A DNA stretch of 63,522 nt, counting the filler, from Thermodesulfobacteriota bacterium (GTDB taxonomy: Bacteria > DASVDK01): NCBI GenBank assembly GCA_036381125.1. It is 4 parts of 4 records of this genome, joined end to end, with 100 filler letters (N's around TTAATTAATTAA, not from the genome) between each part and the next. Parts side by side here need not be neighbours in the genome. Positions count along the whole stretch, not along the records: positions 46,438 to 61,414 come from DASVDK010000232.1; 3 more parts are not named here. The stretch is one strand, 5' to 3'. Below are positions 49,736-57,533 of the stretch, piece by piece (position 1 is the stretch's first letter; every line of letters starts with the position of its first letter). The position numbers were made by a program, and so were the translations under genes. The notes beneath the pieces are model-generated. The model searched no databases. It was not told the origin of the DNA and saw only the letters and a program-made list of their open reading frames with translations.

Positions 49736-51036
49736 GCGGAGGGCTCGTCGCCGGCCGCCGCATCGCCGTGGTGGGCCTCGGCTACGTCGGCCTGCCGCTG
49801 GCGGTCGCGTTCGGGCGCAAGGGGCGAGTCGTCGGCTTCGACATCGCGGCCGAGAAGGTGGCCCGGCTCGCCCGGGGCGAGGACCCGACCGGCGCCGTCA
49901 CCCCCGACGACCTCGCCCGCGCGGAGGTCGAGTACACGAGCGACCCGCGCCGGCTCGCCGAGGCGGACTTCGTCGTCGTGGCGGTCCCCACGCCGGTCGA
50001 CGAGACCAAGCGGCCCGACCTGCGGGCGCTCGCGTCCGCCTCGCGCCTCGTGGGGGAGCAGCTTCGCCGGGGCGCCATCGTCGTCTACGAGTCCACCGTC
50101 TATCCCGGCTGCACCCGTGAGGTCTGCGTCCCGCTCCTCGAGAGGGCCTCGGGCCTCACCGCGGGGCGCGACTTCGCCTACGGCTACTCGCCCGAGCGGA
50201 TCAACCCGGGCGACACCGAGCACACCCTCGAGCGGATCGTGAAGGTCGTCTCGGCGAGCGACCCGGCCACGCTCGACGTCGTGGCCGACGTGTACGGGCA
50301 GGTGGTCGCGGCCGGCGTCTTCCGGGCGGCCAGCGTCGAGACCGCCGAGGCGGCCAAGGTCATCGAGAACACGCAGCGCGACCTCAACATCGCGCTCATG
50401 AACGAGCTCTCGCTGATCTTCCACCGGATGGGGCTCGACACGCGCGAGGTGCTGGCCGCCGCCGGCACCAAGTGGAACTTCCTGCGCTTCGTGCCCGGCC
50501 TGGTCGGCGGCCACTGCATCGGCGTCGACCCCTACTACCTGACGCACAAGGCGGAGGCGCTGGGGCATCACCCGGAGGTCATCCTCGCCGGGCGGCGGAT
50601 CAACGACGCGATGGGCCAGTACGTCGCCGAGCAGACCGTGAAGACGCTGATCCGGGCCGGCAAGGGGGTGCGCGGCTGCCGGGTGCTCGTGCTCGGGCTG
50701 ACGTTCAAGGAGAACGTCCCCGACCTGCGCAACTCCCGCGTCGTGGACGTCGTGCGGGAGCTGGAGGACTACGGCGTCGAGTGCCGGCTCCACGACCCGA
50801 TCGCCGACCCGCACGAGATCGCCGAGGAGTACCGCGGCCGGACCGTCGTGGCCGATCCCGCGGCGGCCGTCCCGGTGGACGGCGTGGTGCTTGCCGTCGC
50901 GCACGCCGCCTACGCGCCGCTCAGGCTCGAGACGCTCGCAGGGTGGTGCCGGGGCACGCCCGTCCTGATCGACGTGAAGGGGCGGTTCCCGAGGGCCGCG
51001 GCCGAGGCGGCCGGCATCGCGTACTTCGCGCTCTGA
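49732..51036 (+). CDS. UDP-HexNAc 6-dehydrogenase (WbpO/TviB-like)
   Basis: GLGYVGLP; ESTVYPG; SPERINPGD; GGHCIGVDPYY; FKENVPDLRNS. Confidence 0.92.
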   Translation: MSGGLVAGRRIAVVGLGYVGLPLAVAFGRKGRVVGFDIAAEKVARLARGEDPTGAVTPDDLARAEVEYTSDPRRLAEADFVVVAVPTPVDETKRPDLRALASASRLVGEQLRRGAIVVYESTVYPGCTREVCVPLLERASGLTAGRDFAYGYSPERINPGDTEHTLERIVKVVSASDPATLDVVADVYGQVVAAGVFRAASVETAEAAKVIENTQRDLNIALMNELSLIFHRMGLDTREVLAAAGTKWNFLRFVPGLVGGHCIGVDPYYLTHKAEALGHHPEVILAGRRINDAMGQYVAEQTVKTLIRAGKGVRGCRVLVLGLTFKENVPDLRNSRVVDVVRELEDYGVECRLHDPIADPHEIAEEYRGRTVVADPAAAVPVDGVVLAVAHAAYAPLRLETLAGWCRGTPVLIDVKGRFPRAAAEAAGIAYFAL

Positions 51037-51059
51037 GCCGCGGCAGGACGGGGCCGCGC

Positions 51060-51089
51060 TTGACACGGCCTCCGCCTGGCCGGTACCAT
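51060..51089 (+). promoter_or_regulatory. tRNA promoter
   Basis: TTGACA-18-TACCAT. Confidence 0.6.
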
Positions 51090-51118
51090 ACCGGCACCAT
51101 CCACCCACGGACCGATCC

Positions 51119-51194
51119 GGGCGCGTAACTCAGCGGTTAGAGTGCCATCCTCACACGGTGGAAGTCGCTGGTTCAAGTCCAGCCGCGCCCACCA
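51119..51194 (+). tRNA. tRNA-Val(CAC)
   Basis: Acceptor stem GGGCGCG/CGCGCCC; anticodon arm CCATC-CT CAC AC-GGTGG; GGTTCAAGTCC; encoded CCA. Confidence 0.95.
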
Positions 51195-51207
51195 ACTCCT
51201 TTCCTCG

Positions 51208-51236
51208 TCCATGGGGTCAGGTCTTTCCATTTTCCA
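51208..51236 (+). repeat. Solo copy of the RAYT-associated 25-bp unit
   Basis: TCCATGGGGTCAGGTCTTTCCATTTTCCA is identical to 31507-31535. Confidence 0.9.
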
Positions 51237-51322
51237 GGCAGGCGAACGGTGCGGACCGACGCCGGTCGTTTTCCGCGGGCCGCAGCCGACCCGCCCCGCG
51301 CCTCACCCTGTCGGGATCCGTC

Positions 51323-51985
51323 CTAGAAGCTGATTCGCACGCCGAGCCGCGCGTTGCTGTCGACGGCCGGCACCTGCACGAAGAGGATCGCCCGCGAGAC
51401 CACGTTGGCCCACCGGCCGTCGAGCGTCAGGAAGGAGGCGGTGTGGAGCGCCGCGATCGAGCCGAAGTAGGCGAGCACGGCGCCGTCGCTTGGCCGCTCG
51501 CCGAGCAGGCGGTTCGTCTCTCTGAAATCGGACGACCCGTTGATCTCGAGCGTCTGGGCCATGTCGAGGAACAGCGCCGACTGCGCGGCCAGGAAGAGCC
51601 CGACGTCGCGCTCGGCCGGCACCACCACCTCGGCCCAGCTATCCCCCCGTCCCGGCCGGGAGGCGAGGGGGACCTCCGTCTCGATGTACTCGCGCGGCGT
51701 GGGGACGCGATCGGAGAGCGCGACGGACTGCCGCGCCTCCCGGGCCCCGGCCGCGTCCAGGCTGCCCGATCGGAAGGTCGGCGTTCCGGTCTCCGCCGGC
51801 GCCGCCGGCGGCTCGGCCGCGCGGAAGCGGAGGGTGTACGCGGGGTCCCAGCGCGCATCGGCCAGGAGCCTGACCCCGGAGGCCGAGCGGCCGGCGCCCC
51901 CCTCGGCGTGCGCCGGGGTCGCGAGACCCAAGCTCACCGTCACCACCGCCGCGACCAGGCCGAAGGTGCGCGCACGCCAGGCCAT
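51323..51985 (-). CDS. Secreted/envelope hypothetical protein
   Basis: RBS GGAGGAG; signal peptide ..TPAHA; DMAQTLEI..ETNRLLGERPS motif; ends in LGVRISF. Confidence 0.7.
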   Translation of the reverse strand: MAWRARTFGLVAAVVTVSLGLATPAHAEGGAGRSASGVRLLADARWDPAYTLRFRAAEPPAAPAETGTPTFRSGSLDAAGAREARQSVALSDRVPTPREYIETEVPLASRPGRGDSWAEVVVPAERDVGLFLAAQSALFLDMAQTLEINGSSDFRETNRLLGERPSDGAVLAYFGSIAALHTASFLTLDGRWANVVSRAILFVQVPAVDSNARLGVRISF

Positions 51986-52142
51986 GACTCCTCCAGGGTC
52001 CCAGGGCCCGAACCGACCAGGCCCTTTCTCGATGTCATATGACCCATACGACATTTCCGACCGCTTGTGAAGCAAGAAGTGATGCCGGTCGCTCGATCAC
52101 CGTGCATACGATCACAACGCCACCCGTCGGGCAAGGTATGCG

Positions 52143-52172
52143 TTGACATCGGGCAGCAAGCTCTCCTAGAGT
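52143..52172 (+). promoter_or_regulatory. sigma70-type promoter
   Basis: TTGACA-18-TAGAGT upstream of 52264. Confidence 0.55.
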
Positions 52173-52263
52173 GCCGAAAAGCGGCGCATCGGAAGACGTC
52201 GGTGCCGCATTCGGTTCCTGGTATCCATGGCCTTCCCATCCAGACTCGGGCGCGGAGGCGGGA

Positions 52264-53571
52264 ATGAGGCTTCGCCGGGAGCGAAGACGGCGGCAGGAGC
52301 GTTCTGGTCCGGGTGCCGGCGTCGGGCGGCTCAAGATCAGCGGGGTGCTGGCGTCGGAGCCGGCGGGCAAGAGCCTGAAGGACTGCGAGCACGGGGAATG
52401 CTTCGTCACGTATGATGCCGGCAGCGAGGACCAGGAGGTGCGGCGGCGCTTCGGCGTGACGGGGCTGCGCCGCATGAAGCTCCTGCGCATCGCCACCGAG
52501 GCCCACGAGCAGGGCATCGACCTCACGCAGGAGGACCTCGCCTACCGCATCCTCAACTGCGGCCTCAAGACCATCAAGCGCGACATCGCGTACTTCCGCA
52601 AACAGGGCCTCTTCCTCCCCACGCGCGGCCAGCAGAAGGACATCGGGCCGGTCCTCACCCACCAGGTCGAGGCGGTGCGCATGGCCATCGAGGGCAAGCC
52701 CACCTGGGAGATTGCCAGGCGCATCCTGCATCCGCCGCGCGCCATCGAGCGCTACCTCGCCACCTTCGCCCGCGTCGTCGCCCTTGCCGACGGCGGGGCC
52801 GAGCGCCGCGCCGCGGCGGCGAGCCTCGGCCTCTCCGAGCGGCTCTTCTCCGACTTCCTCGCGCTGCGCGACCGCTACGCGGACACCGAGCACGCCGGCC
52901 GGATGGCCGAGATCCTGGCGAAGCGACCCGAGCCCGAGCCGGCGCGCGAGGAGACCGGCCGCGGGCGGCTGCCGATCTACGACGAGCAGGTCAAGGTGCT
53001 ACGCCGCGAGTTCTTCCAGTTCCTGCTCGAGCACGAGATCCGCCGCGCGAGACGCTACGGCCAGCCGCTCACGTTCCTGCTCATCGAGCTCGACGGCGGC
53101 AGTCGGGGGCGGCCGCTGCCGAGCAGCGTCCTCAACCGCGCCCTGGCGGGACAGCTCCGCTCGACACTGCGCAAGACGGACGTCGTCGGCCGCCTCGGCG
53201 CCTCGCGCTTCGGCGTCATCATGACCGCCGACACGCAGGCGGCCTACCGGGTCGCCGAGCGGATTCGCGGCCTGATGGCCGGGCTCGACGGCGGGGGCGA
53301 CCCCGCCTCGCCCGAGTCGGGCATGCGGGCGACCGTGAGCGTCGGCGGCGCGTCGCTGGCCGCCGGCGCGCTCGACTCGCCCGAGGCGCTCACCGAGATG
53401 GCCGCGACCATGCTGTCGCAGGCGCGCGAGGGTGGGGGCAATCGCACCCGCCTCCACGCCTTCCCGGACGTGGCGGCCCCGGCCGCGGCCGAGCCGGGAA
53501 CCCCGCCCGCGGAGGTCGCCGAGGTCCCAACGGAGGAGGAGGCCCCGGGCGGCGCACGCCGGAGCGCGTGA
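52264..53571 (+). CDS. DUF1670-like double-HTH fused to a degenerate GGDEF domain (paralog 1)
   Basis: EPAGKSL..EAHEQGIDLTQEDLA..TIKRDI..PTRGQQKDIGP..TH..EIARRILH..IERY; C-terminal RKTDVVGRLGASRF, TVSVG, AREGGGNR. Confidence 0.8.
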   Translation: MRLRRERRRRQERSGPGAGVGRLKISGVLASEPAGKSLKDCEHGECFVTYDAGSEDQEVRRRFGVTGLRRMKLLRIATEAHEQGIDLTQEDLAYRILNCGLKTIKRDIAYFRKQGLFLPTRGQQKDIGPVLTHQVEAVRMAIEGKPTWEIARRILHPPRAIERYLATFARVVALADGGAERRAAAASLGLSERLFSDFLALRDRYADTEHAGRMAEILAKRPEPEPAREETGRGRLPIYDEQVKVLRREFFQFLLEHEIRRARRYGQPLTFLLIELDGGSRGRPLPSSVLNRALAGQLRSTLRKTDVVGRLGASRFGVIMTADTQAAYRVAERIRGLMAGLDGGGDPASPESGMRATVSVGGASLAAGALDSPEALTEMAATMLSQAREGGGNRTRLHAFPDVAAPAAAEPGTPPAEVAEVPTEEEAPGGARRSA

Positions 53572-53697
53572 CGCTCGCCCGCGCGGGTCGCCGGGCCTCG
53601 CGCATTCGGGCGCACGGACCCGGATGGTGGCCGAGTTCGTCGCGCCGGTGCGCCACGTCACCGACACGCGGTCGCGTCGCGATCTACCCTCCGCCGA

Positions 53698-53994
53698 ATG
53701 TTCCGCGACCTGTGTGAAGCCGAAGTGTTCTTCTCCGCGGACTACCCGCCGCTTCGGCAGCTCGTGCACGATCTGTCGCCCGAGCGCCTTCGCCTGCGGG
53801 CCGCGATGATCGTCCCCGCCGGCGTCCGCGTGCAGGTGCGGCTGCGGCTGCCCGGCATCCGCCGGCCGGTCTCCCTCGTCGGGTCGGTCACCCCGATGCC
53901 CGAATCCGGGCAGTGCGAGGTCGCCTTCACCGACGTCTCGGCGTCCGCGCGGCTCGCGATCGCGCGCTACGCGGAGCTGGATCAGGAGAGCTGA
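53698..53994 (+). CDS. PilZ-like protein (degenerate or N-terminally frameshifted)
   Basis: VHDLSPERLRL..GVRVQVRLRLPG..VSLVGSV..VAFTDVS..IARY resembles the PilZ fold pattern. Confidence 0.55.
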   Translation: MFRDLCEAEVFFSADYPPLRQLVHDLSPERLRLRAAMIVPAGVRVQVRLRLPGIRRPVSLVGSVTPMPESGQCEVAFTDVSASARLAIARYAELDQES

Positions 53995-54033
53995 GGTCGG
54001 CCGCCCCGGGCTGCGGGCGGCCGCGGGAGAGGC

Positions 54034-54068
54034 GGCGCACGGACGACAACCGTCCGGGCGCCTTTTTT
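54034..54068 (+). terminator. Intrinsic terminator
   Basis: GGCGCACGGACG-ACAAC-CGTCCGGGCGCC-TTTTTT. Confidence 0.8.
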
Positions 54069-54168
54069 GTGTTCAGGAATCACATTCTCTCACGTAGAAT
54101 GGAACACGTGTGGGCGAGCAGGCCTGCTCGGGCCTTGCCGCCTCAAGGAGACTCGTCAGAGGGATCGC

Positions 54169-55419
54169 GTGACCGTACGGAGCCCCGCCGAACCGCGAGT
54201 CGGCCAGCTCAAGATTTCCGGCGTTCTGTCATCGGAGCCTGCCGGCAAGCCGCTACGCGACTGTGCGCGCGGTGAGTGTTTCGTCACGTACGACGCGGGG
54301 GAGGAGGACGAGGAGACCCGCCGGCGCCACGGCGTGATCGGACTGCGCCGCTTCAAGCTCCTGCGGATCGCCACCGAGGCGCACGACCAGGGCATCGACC
54401 TCACGCAGGAGGGCCTCGCCAAGATCCTCGGCGCGGGCGTCAAGACCGTCAAGCGCGACATCGCGTACTTCCGCAAGCACGGCATCTTCCTGCCGACGCG
54501 CGGCCAGCAGAAGGACCTCGGGCCCATCGTCCCCCACCAGGTCGAGGCGGTCCGCCTCACCCTCGACGGTCTCGACGACTGGGAGGTGTCGCGCCGCATC
54601 CTCCACTCCCCGGGCATGGTCGGCCGCATCATCGGCAGCTTCGCCCGCGTCGTCGCGTTCCTGCGCGAAGGGCGCGACCCCGAGGACATCGCCTATCTCG
54701 TCGACGTGCCGCTCAGGCTCGTCGACGAGTACCGCCGCGTCGCCGCCGAGGCCGCCGCCGATCCGGCGCGCCAGGCCCGTCTCGAGGCGCTCGTGGCGCG
54801 GCATGCCCCGGGGCCCGCCGACGAGGCGGCCGCGGGCACGGGAGGGGAGAACGGCGCGCAGCCGCGCGAGGGACAGGGTCGCAGGCGCCCACCGCTCTTC
54901 GACGAGCAGGTCAAGGTGCTCCGCCGCGAGGTCTTCGAGTTCCTCTTCGACCTCGAGGTCCGCAAGGCCACCCGCTACAAGCTGCCGGTTGCCGTCGTCG
55001 CCATCGAGGCCGCGGCCGGCGACGGACCGACCCAGGCGGGGCGGACCCTGGCCTCCATGACCCTCGCCGAGCACCTGCGCGAGCAGGTCCGCGCGACCGA
55101 CGTGATCGGCCGCGCCGCGGTCTCGCGGTTCTACATCCTCCTTCCGGTCGCCGACGTGCCGGCCGCGCAGGGCTTCGTCCAGCGCCTCCTGCGCGACCGC
55201 AACATTCCGCCCCAGACCCGGATCGTGGCCGGCGCCGCCTGCTTCCCGGCGCACGGCTCGCGCGCCTCGGAGCTCCTGCGCGAGAGCGAGCGCGCGCTCG
55301 GGACTGCGCGGGCGACCGGGAGGGCCTTCGCGTTCGCGTCCGATGCGTTCCCCGGGTCGAACCGGGCGGTGGAGCCCTCCGCTGGAGGCGGCACGAATCT
55401 CACCAGCCGGGCAATGTAG
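54169..55419 (+). CDS. DUF1670-like double-HTH fused to a degenerate GGDEF domain (paralog 2)
   Basis: N-domain closely similar to 52264; DEQVKVLRRE; RATDVIGRAAVSRF; GAACFPAHG; start codon uncertain. Confidence 0.8.
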   Translation: MTVRSPAEPRVGQLKISGVLSSEPAGKPLRDCARGECFVTYDAGEEDEETRRRHGVIGLRRFKLLRIATEAHDQGIDLTQEGLAKILGAGVKTVKRDIAYFRKHGIFLPTRGQQKDLGPIVPHQVEAVRLTLDGLDDWEVSRRILHSPGMVGRIIGSFARVVAFLREGRDPEDIAYLVDVPLRLVDEYRRVAAEAAADPARQARLEALVARHAPGPADEAAAGTGGENGAQPREGQGRRRPPLFDEQVKVLRREVFEFLFDLEVRKATRYKLPVAVVAIEAAAGDGPTQAGRTLASMTLAEHLREQVRATDVIGRAAVSRFYILLPVADVPAAQGFVQRLLRDRNIPPQTRIVAGAACFPAHGSRASELLRESERALGTARATGRAFAFASDAFPGSNRAVEPSAGGGTNLTSRAM

Positions 55420-55629
55420 GGGACGCTGATCGGCCGACATCGGCCTGGACCGATCGGCCGTCACCGAGGCGTGCGACCGCGTCGACGGCACCTCACGTCG
55501 TGAGCCCGCGGCGCGGGGATTCGCCGTACAGGTGCGCCCGGATCATGTACGGGTCGCCTGATACTATGCGAATCAGAGAAAGCCGGCCTGGATCGGGCCA
55601 CTGGTGCCGGCAAGTAGCGGAGGTCCGGA

Positions 55630-56607
55630 ATGCCGCGGGCGACGGGTGAAGCGATGGTGGCGAGCGCCGTCGCGGGCGCGCGCGAGGACCTCGCGGCTGC
55701 CGATCTCTACCGTCGGCTGCTCGCGCGGTGCAGGGCAACGCTCACGACCCTGCCCGACAAGCCCGAGGAAACCCCCGAGACCACGCTGCGCGCGCTGTGG
55801 CACCTGGCCGCGGGCGTCCCGTTGTCCGCGCACGCTGCCGCGAGCGCGACGCCGATGCCGCTCGACAGCGGACAGGTCGCGCGCCTCGAGAGGCTCCTCG
55901 AGGCCCGCCTGCGCGGCACGCCGCTGGCCCATCTGACGGGGCGGCAGCGCTTCTTCGGTCTCGAACTCCTGGCCGGTCCCGAGGCGCTGATCCCGAGGGC
56001 AGAGACCGAGCTGCTCGTCGCGGTCGCCCTCGAGCGCGTCCGCGCGGCCGTCGCCGCACGCGGCACCGCACTGGTGGTGGACGTCTGCACCGGGAGCGGG
56101 AACGTGGCGCTCGCGCTCGCGGCCAATGCACCGCGAGCGACCGTCTACGCCGCCGATCTCTCCAGCGCGGCCGTCGACCTGGCGCGCCGCAATGCCGTCC
56201 GGCTCGGGCTCCACGAGCGCGTGGAGGTCCGGGTCGGCGACCTCCTGACGCCGTTCGAGGAGCCCGGCTTCCTCGGCCAGGTCGACGTGCTGACCTGCAA
56301 CCCCCCGTACATCTCCGAAGCCAGGGTCGACCGGATGCCGCCCGAGATCTCGAGGCACGAGCCGCGCATGGCCTTCGACGGCGGCCCCTTCGGCGTCAGC
56401 ATCCTCCAGCGACTCACGCGCTGCGCCCGCCGGTTCCTGCGACCCGGCGGGTGGCTCGTCTTCGAGACCGGCGCCGGACAGGGAGGCGCGATGGTGCGTC
56501 GCCTGGCCGCGAACCCGGACTTCGCGGACGTCCGCTCCGTCGCGGGCCCCGACGGGACGGTGCGCGTCGTGCTCGGGCAGACCACGCCGGCCATCGGCAT
56601 CGCCTAG
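55630..56607 (+). CDS. HemK/PrmC-family SAM methyltransferase
   Basis: PLAHLTG..FFGL; LIPRAETE; DVCTGSG; NPPY; AFDGG. Confidence 0.85.
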   Translation: MPRATGEAMVASAVAGAREDLAAADLYRRLLARCRATLTTLPDKPEETPETTLRALWHLAAGVPLSAHAAASATPMPLDSGQVARLERLLEARLRGTPLAHLTGRQRFFGLELLAGPEALIPRAETELLVAVALERVRAAVAARGTALVVDVCTGSGNVALALAANAPRATVYAADLSSAAVDLARRNAVRLGLHERVEVRVGDLLTPFEEPGFLGQVDVLTCNPPYISEARVDRMPPEISRHEPRMAFDGGPFGVSILQRLTRCARRFLRPGGWLVFETGAGQGGAMVRRLAANPDFADVRSVAGPDGTVRVVLGQTTPAIGIA

Positions 56608-56801
56608 CCCGAGCCATCGGCAATCAGGCTTCCGGGCCCAGCGGGCAGGTGCCTTCGGCCCGGCCGCGGCCCTGCCGCGACCTCCAGCCATCCTGGCGAC
56701 GGTCCCCTTAATCTCCCGGAACCACACGCTTCTTCCGACGGTTGCACCGTACAGCCTCCAGGCAGGCCAGGAGGCAAGCGGGAGTCGGCTTGCCGATACG
56801 G

Positions 56802-56886
56802 GCCTCAATTGACCTGGGGCTTTTCGCTTGACTCCTCACCAACAGCCTGTAACATCAGTCACAGATTCAAGTGGGTCAGTTGACCC
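56802..56886 (+). promoter_or_regulatory. EPS operon promoter region
   Basis: TTGACT-16-TAACAT (56828-56855); CRP-like TGTAA-N6-TCACA (56848-56863); perfect GGGTCA-GT-TGACCC (56873-56886). Confidence 0.55.
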
Positions 56887-56927
56887 CGAAACCAATCCAG
56901 TGACCCTGATCACCTAACGAGGGCCTC

Positions 56928-57533
56928 TTGCAGCGTTCAGCTCGGCTGTTCGTCGGGGTGGTGCTCCTGGCAGCGGCCACCGGATGCGCATCGCCGACGC
57001 CTCCACGCCTCGTGGGCGGCACCGCCGCCGACGAGGCGACGCCCACGTCGGCCACCTACACCATCGGCCCCGAGGACGTGCTGATGGTGTCGGTCTGGAA
57101 GGAGGAAGGGCTCACGCGGCAGGTCCGCGTGCGGCCCGACGGGTTCATCTCGTTCCCGCTCGTGGGCGAGGTCCGCGCGGCCGGCCTGACCGCGGCACAG
57201 CTCCAGGCCGATCTGACGCGACGGCTGCAGGCGTACGTCACGGCGCCCGCGGTCAGCGTGATCGTCGAGGAGATCAACAGCTACAAGGTCTTCGTCCTCG
57301 GCGAGGTCGAGCGGCCCGGCCTCGTCCCGGCTCGATCGCAGATCACGGTGCTCCAGGCGTTGTCACTGGCCGGTGGCCTCAAGCCGTTCGCGGACGGCGA
57401 CCGGATGGTGCTGGTGCGGGAGGTCGACGGCAAGACCGTCAGGGTCCGCCTGAACTACCGGGACCTCGTGCTCGGCCGCAACGGTGCCGTGAACCTCGTC
57501 CTCGAGTCCGGCGACACCCTTGTGGTTCCGTAG
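56928..57533 (+). CDS. Short Wza-like polysaccharide export lipoprotein
   Basis: Lipobox ATGC; YTIGPEDVL..VRPDGFISFPLVGEV; LESGDTLVVP. Confidence 0.9.
   Translation: MQRSARLFVGVVLLAAATGCASPTPPRLVGGTAADEATPTSATYTIGPEDVLMVSVWKEEGLTRQVRVRPDGFISFPLVGEVRAAGLTAAQLQADLTRRLQAYVTAPAVSVIVEEINSYKVFVLGEVERPGLVPARSQITVLQALSLAGGLKPFADGDRMVLVREVDGKTVRVRLNYRDLVLGRNGAVNLVLESGDTLVVP

Noticed and set aside
53569-53571. Selenocysteine read-through of the TGA into the PilZ frame (selA is in the window)
   Set aside because: No redox-Cys context or clear SECIS hairpin, and the intervening codons look non-coding
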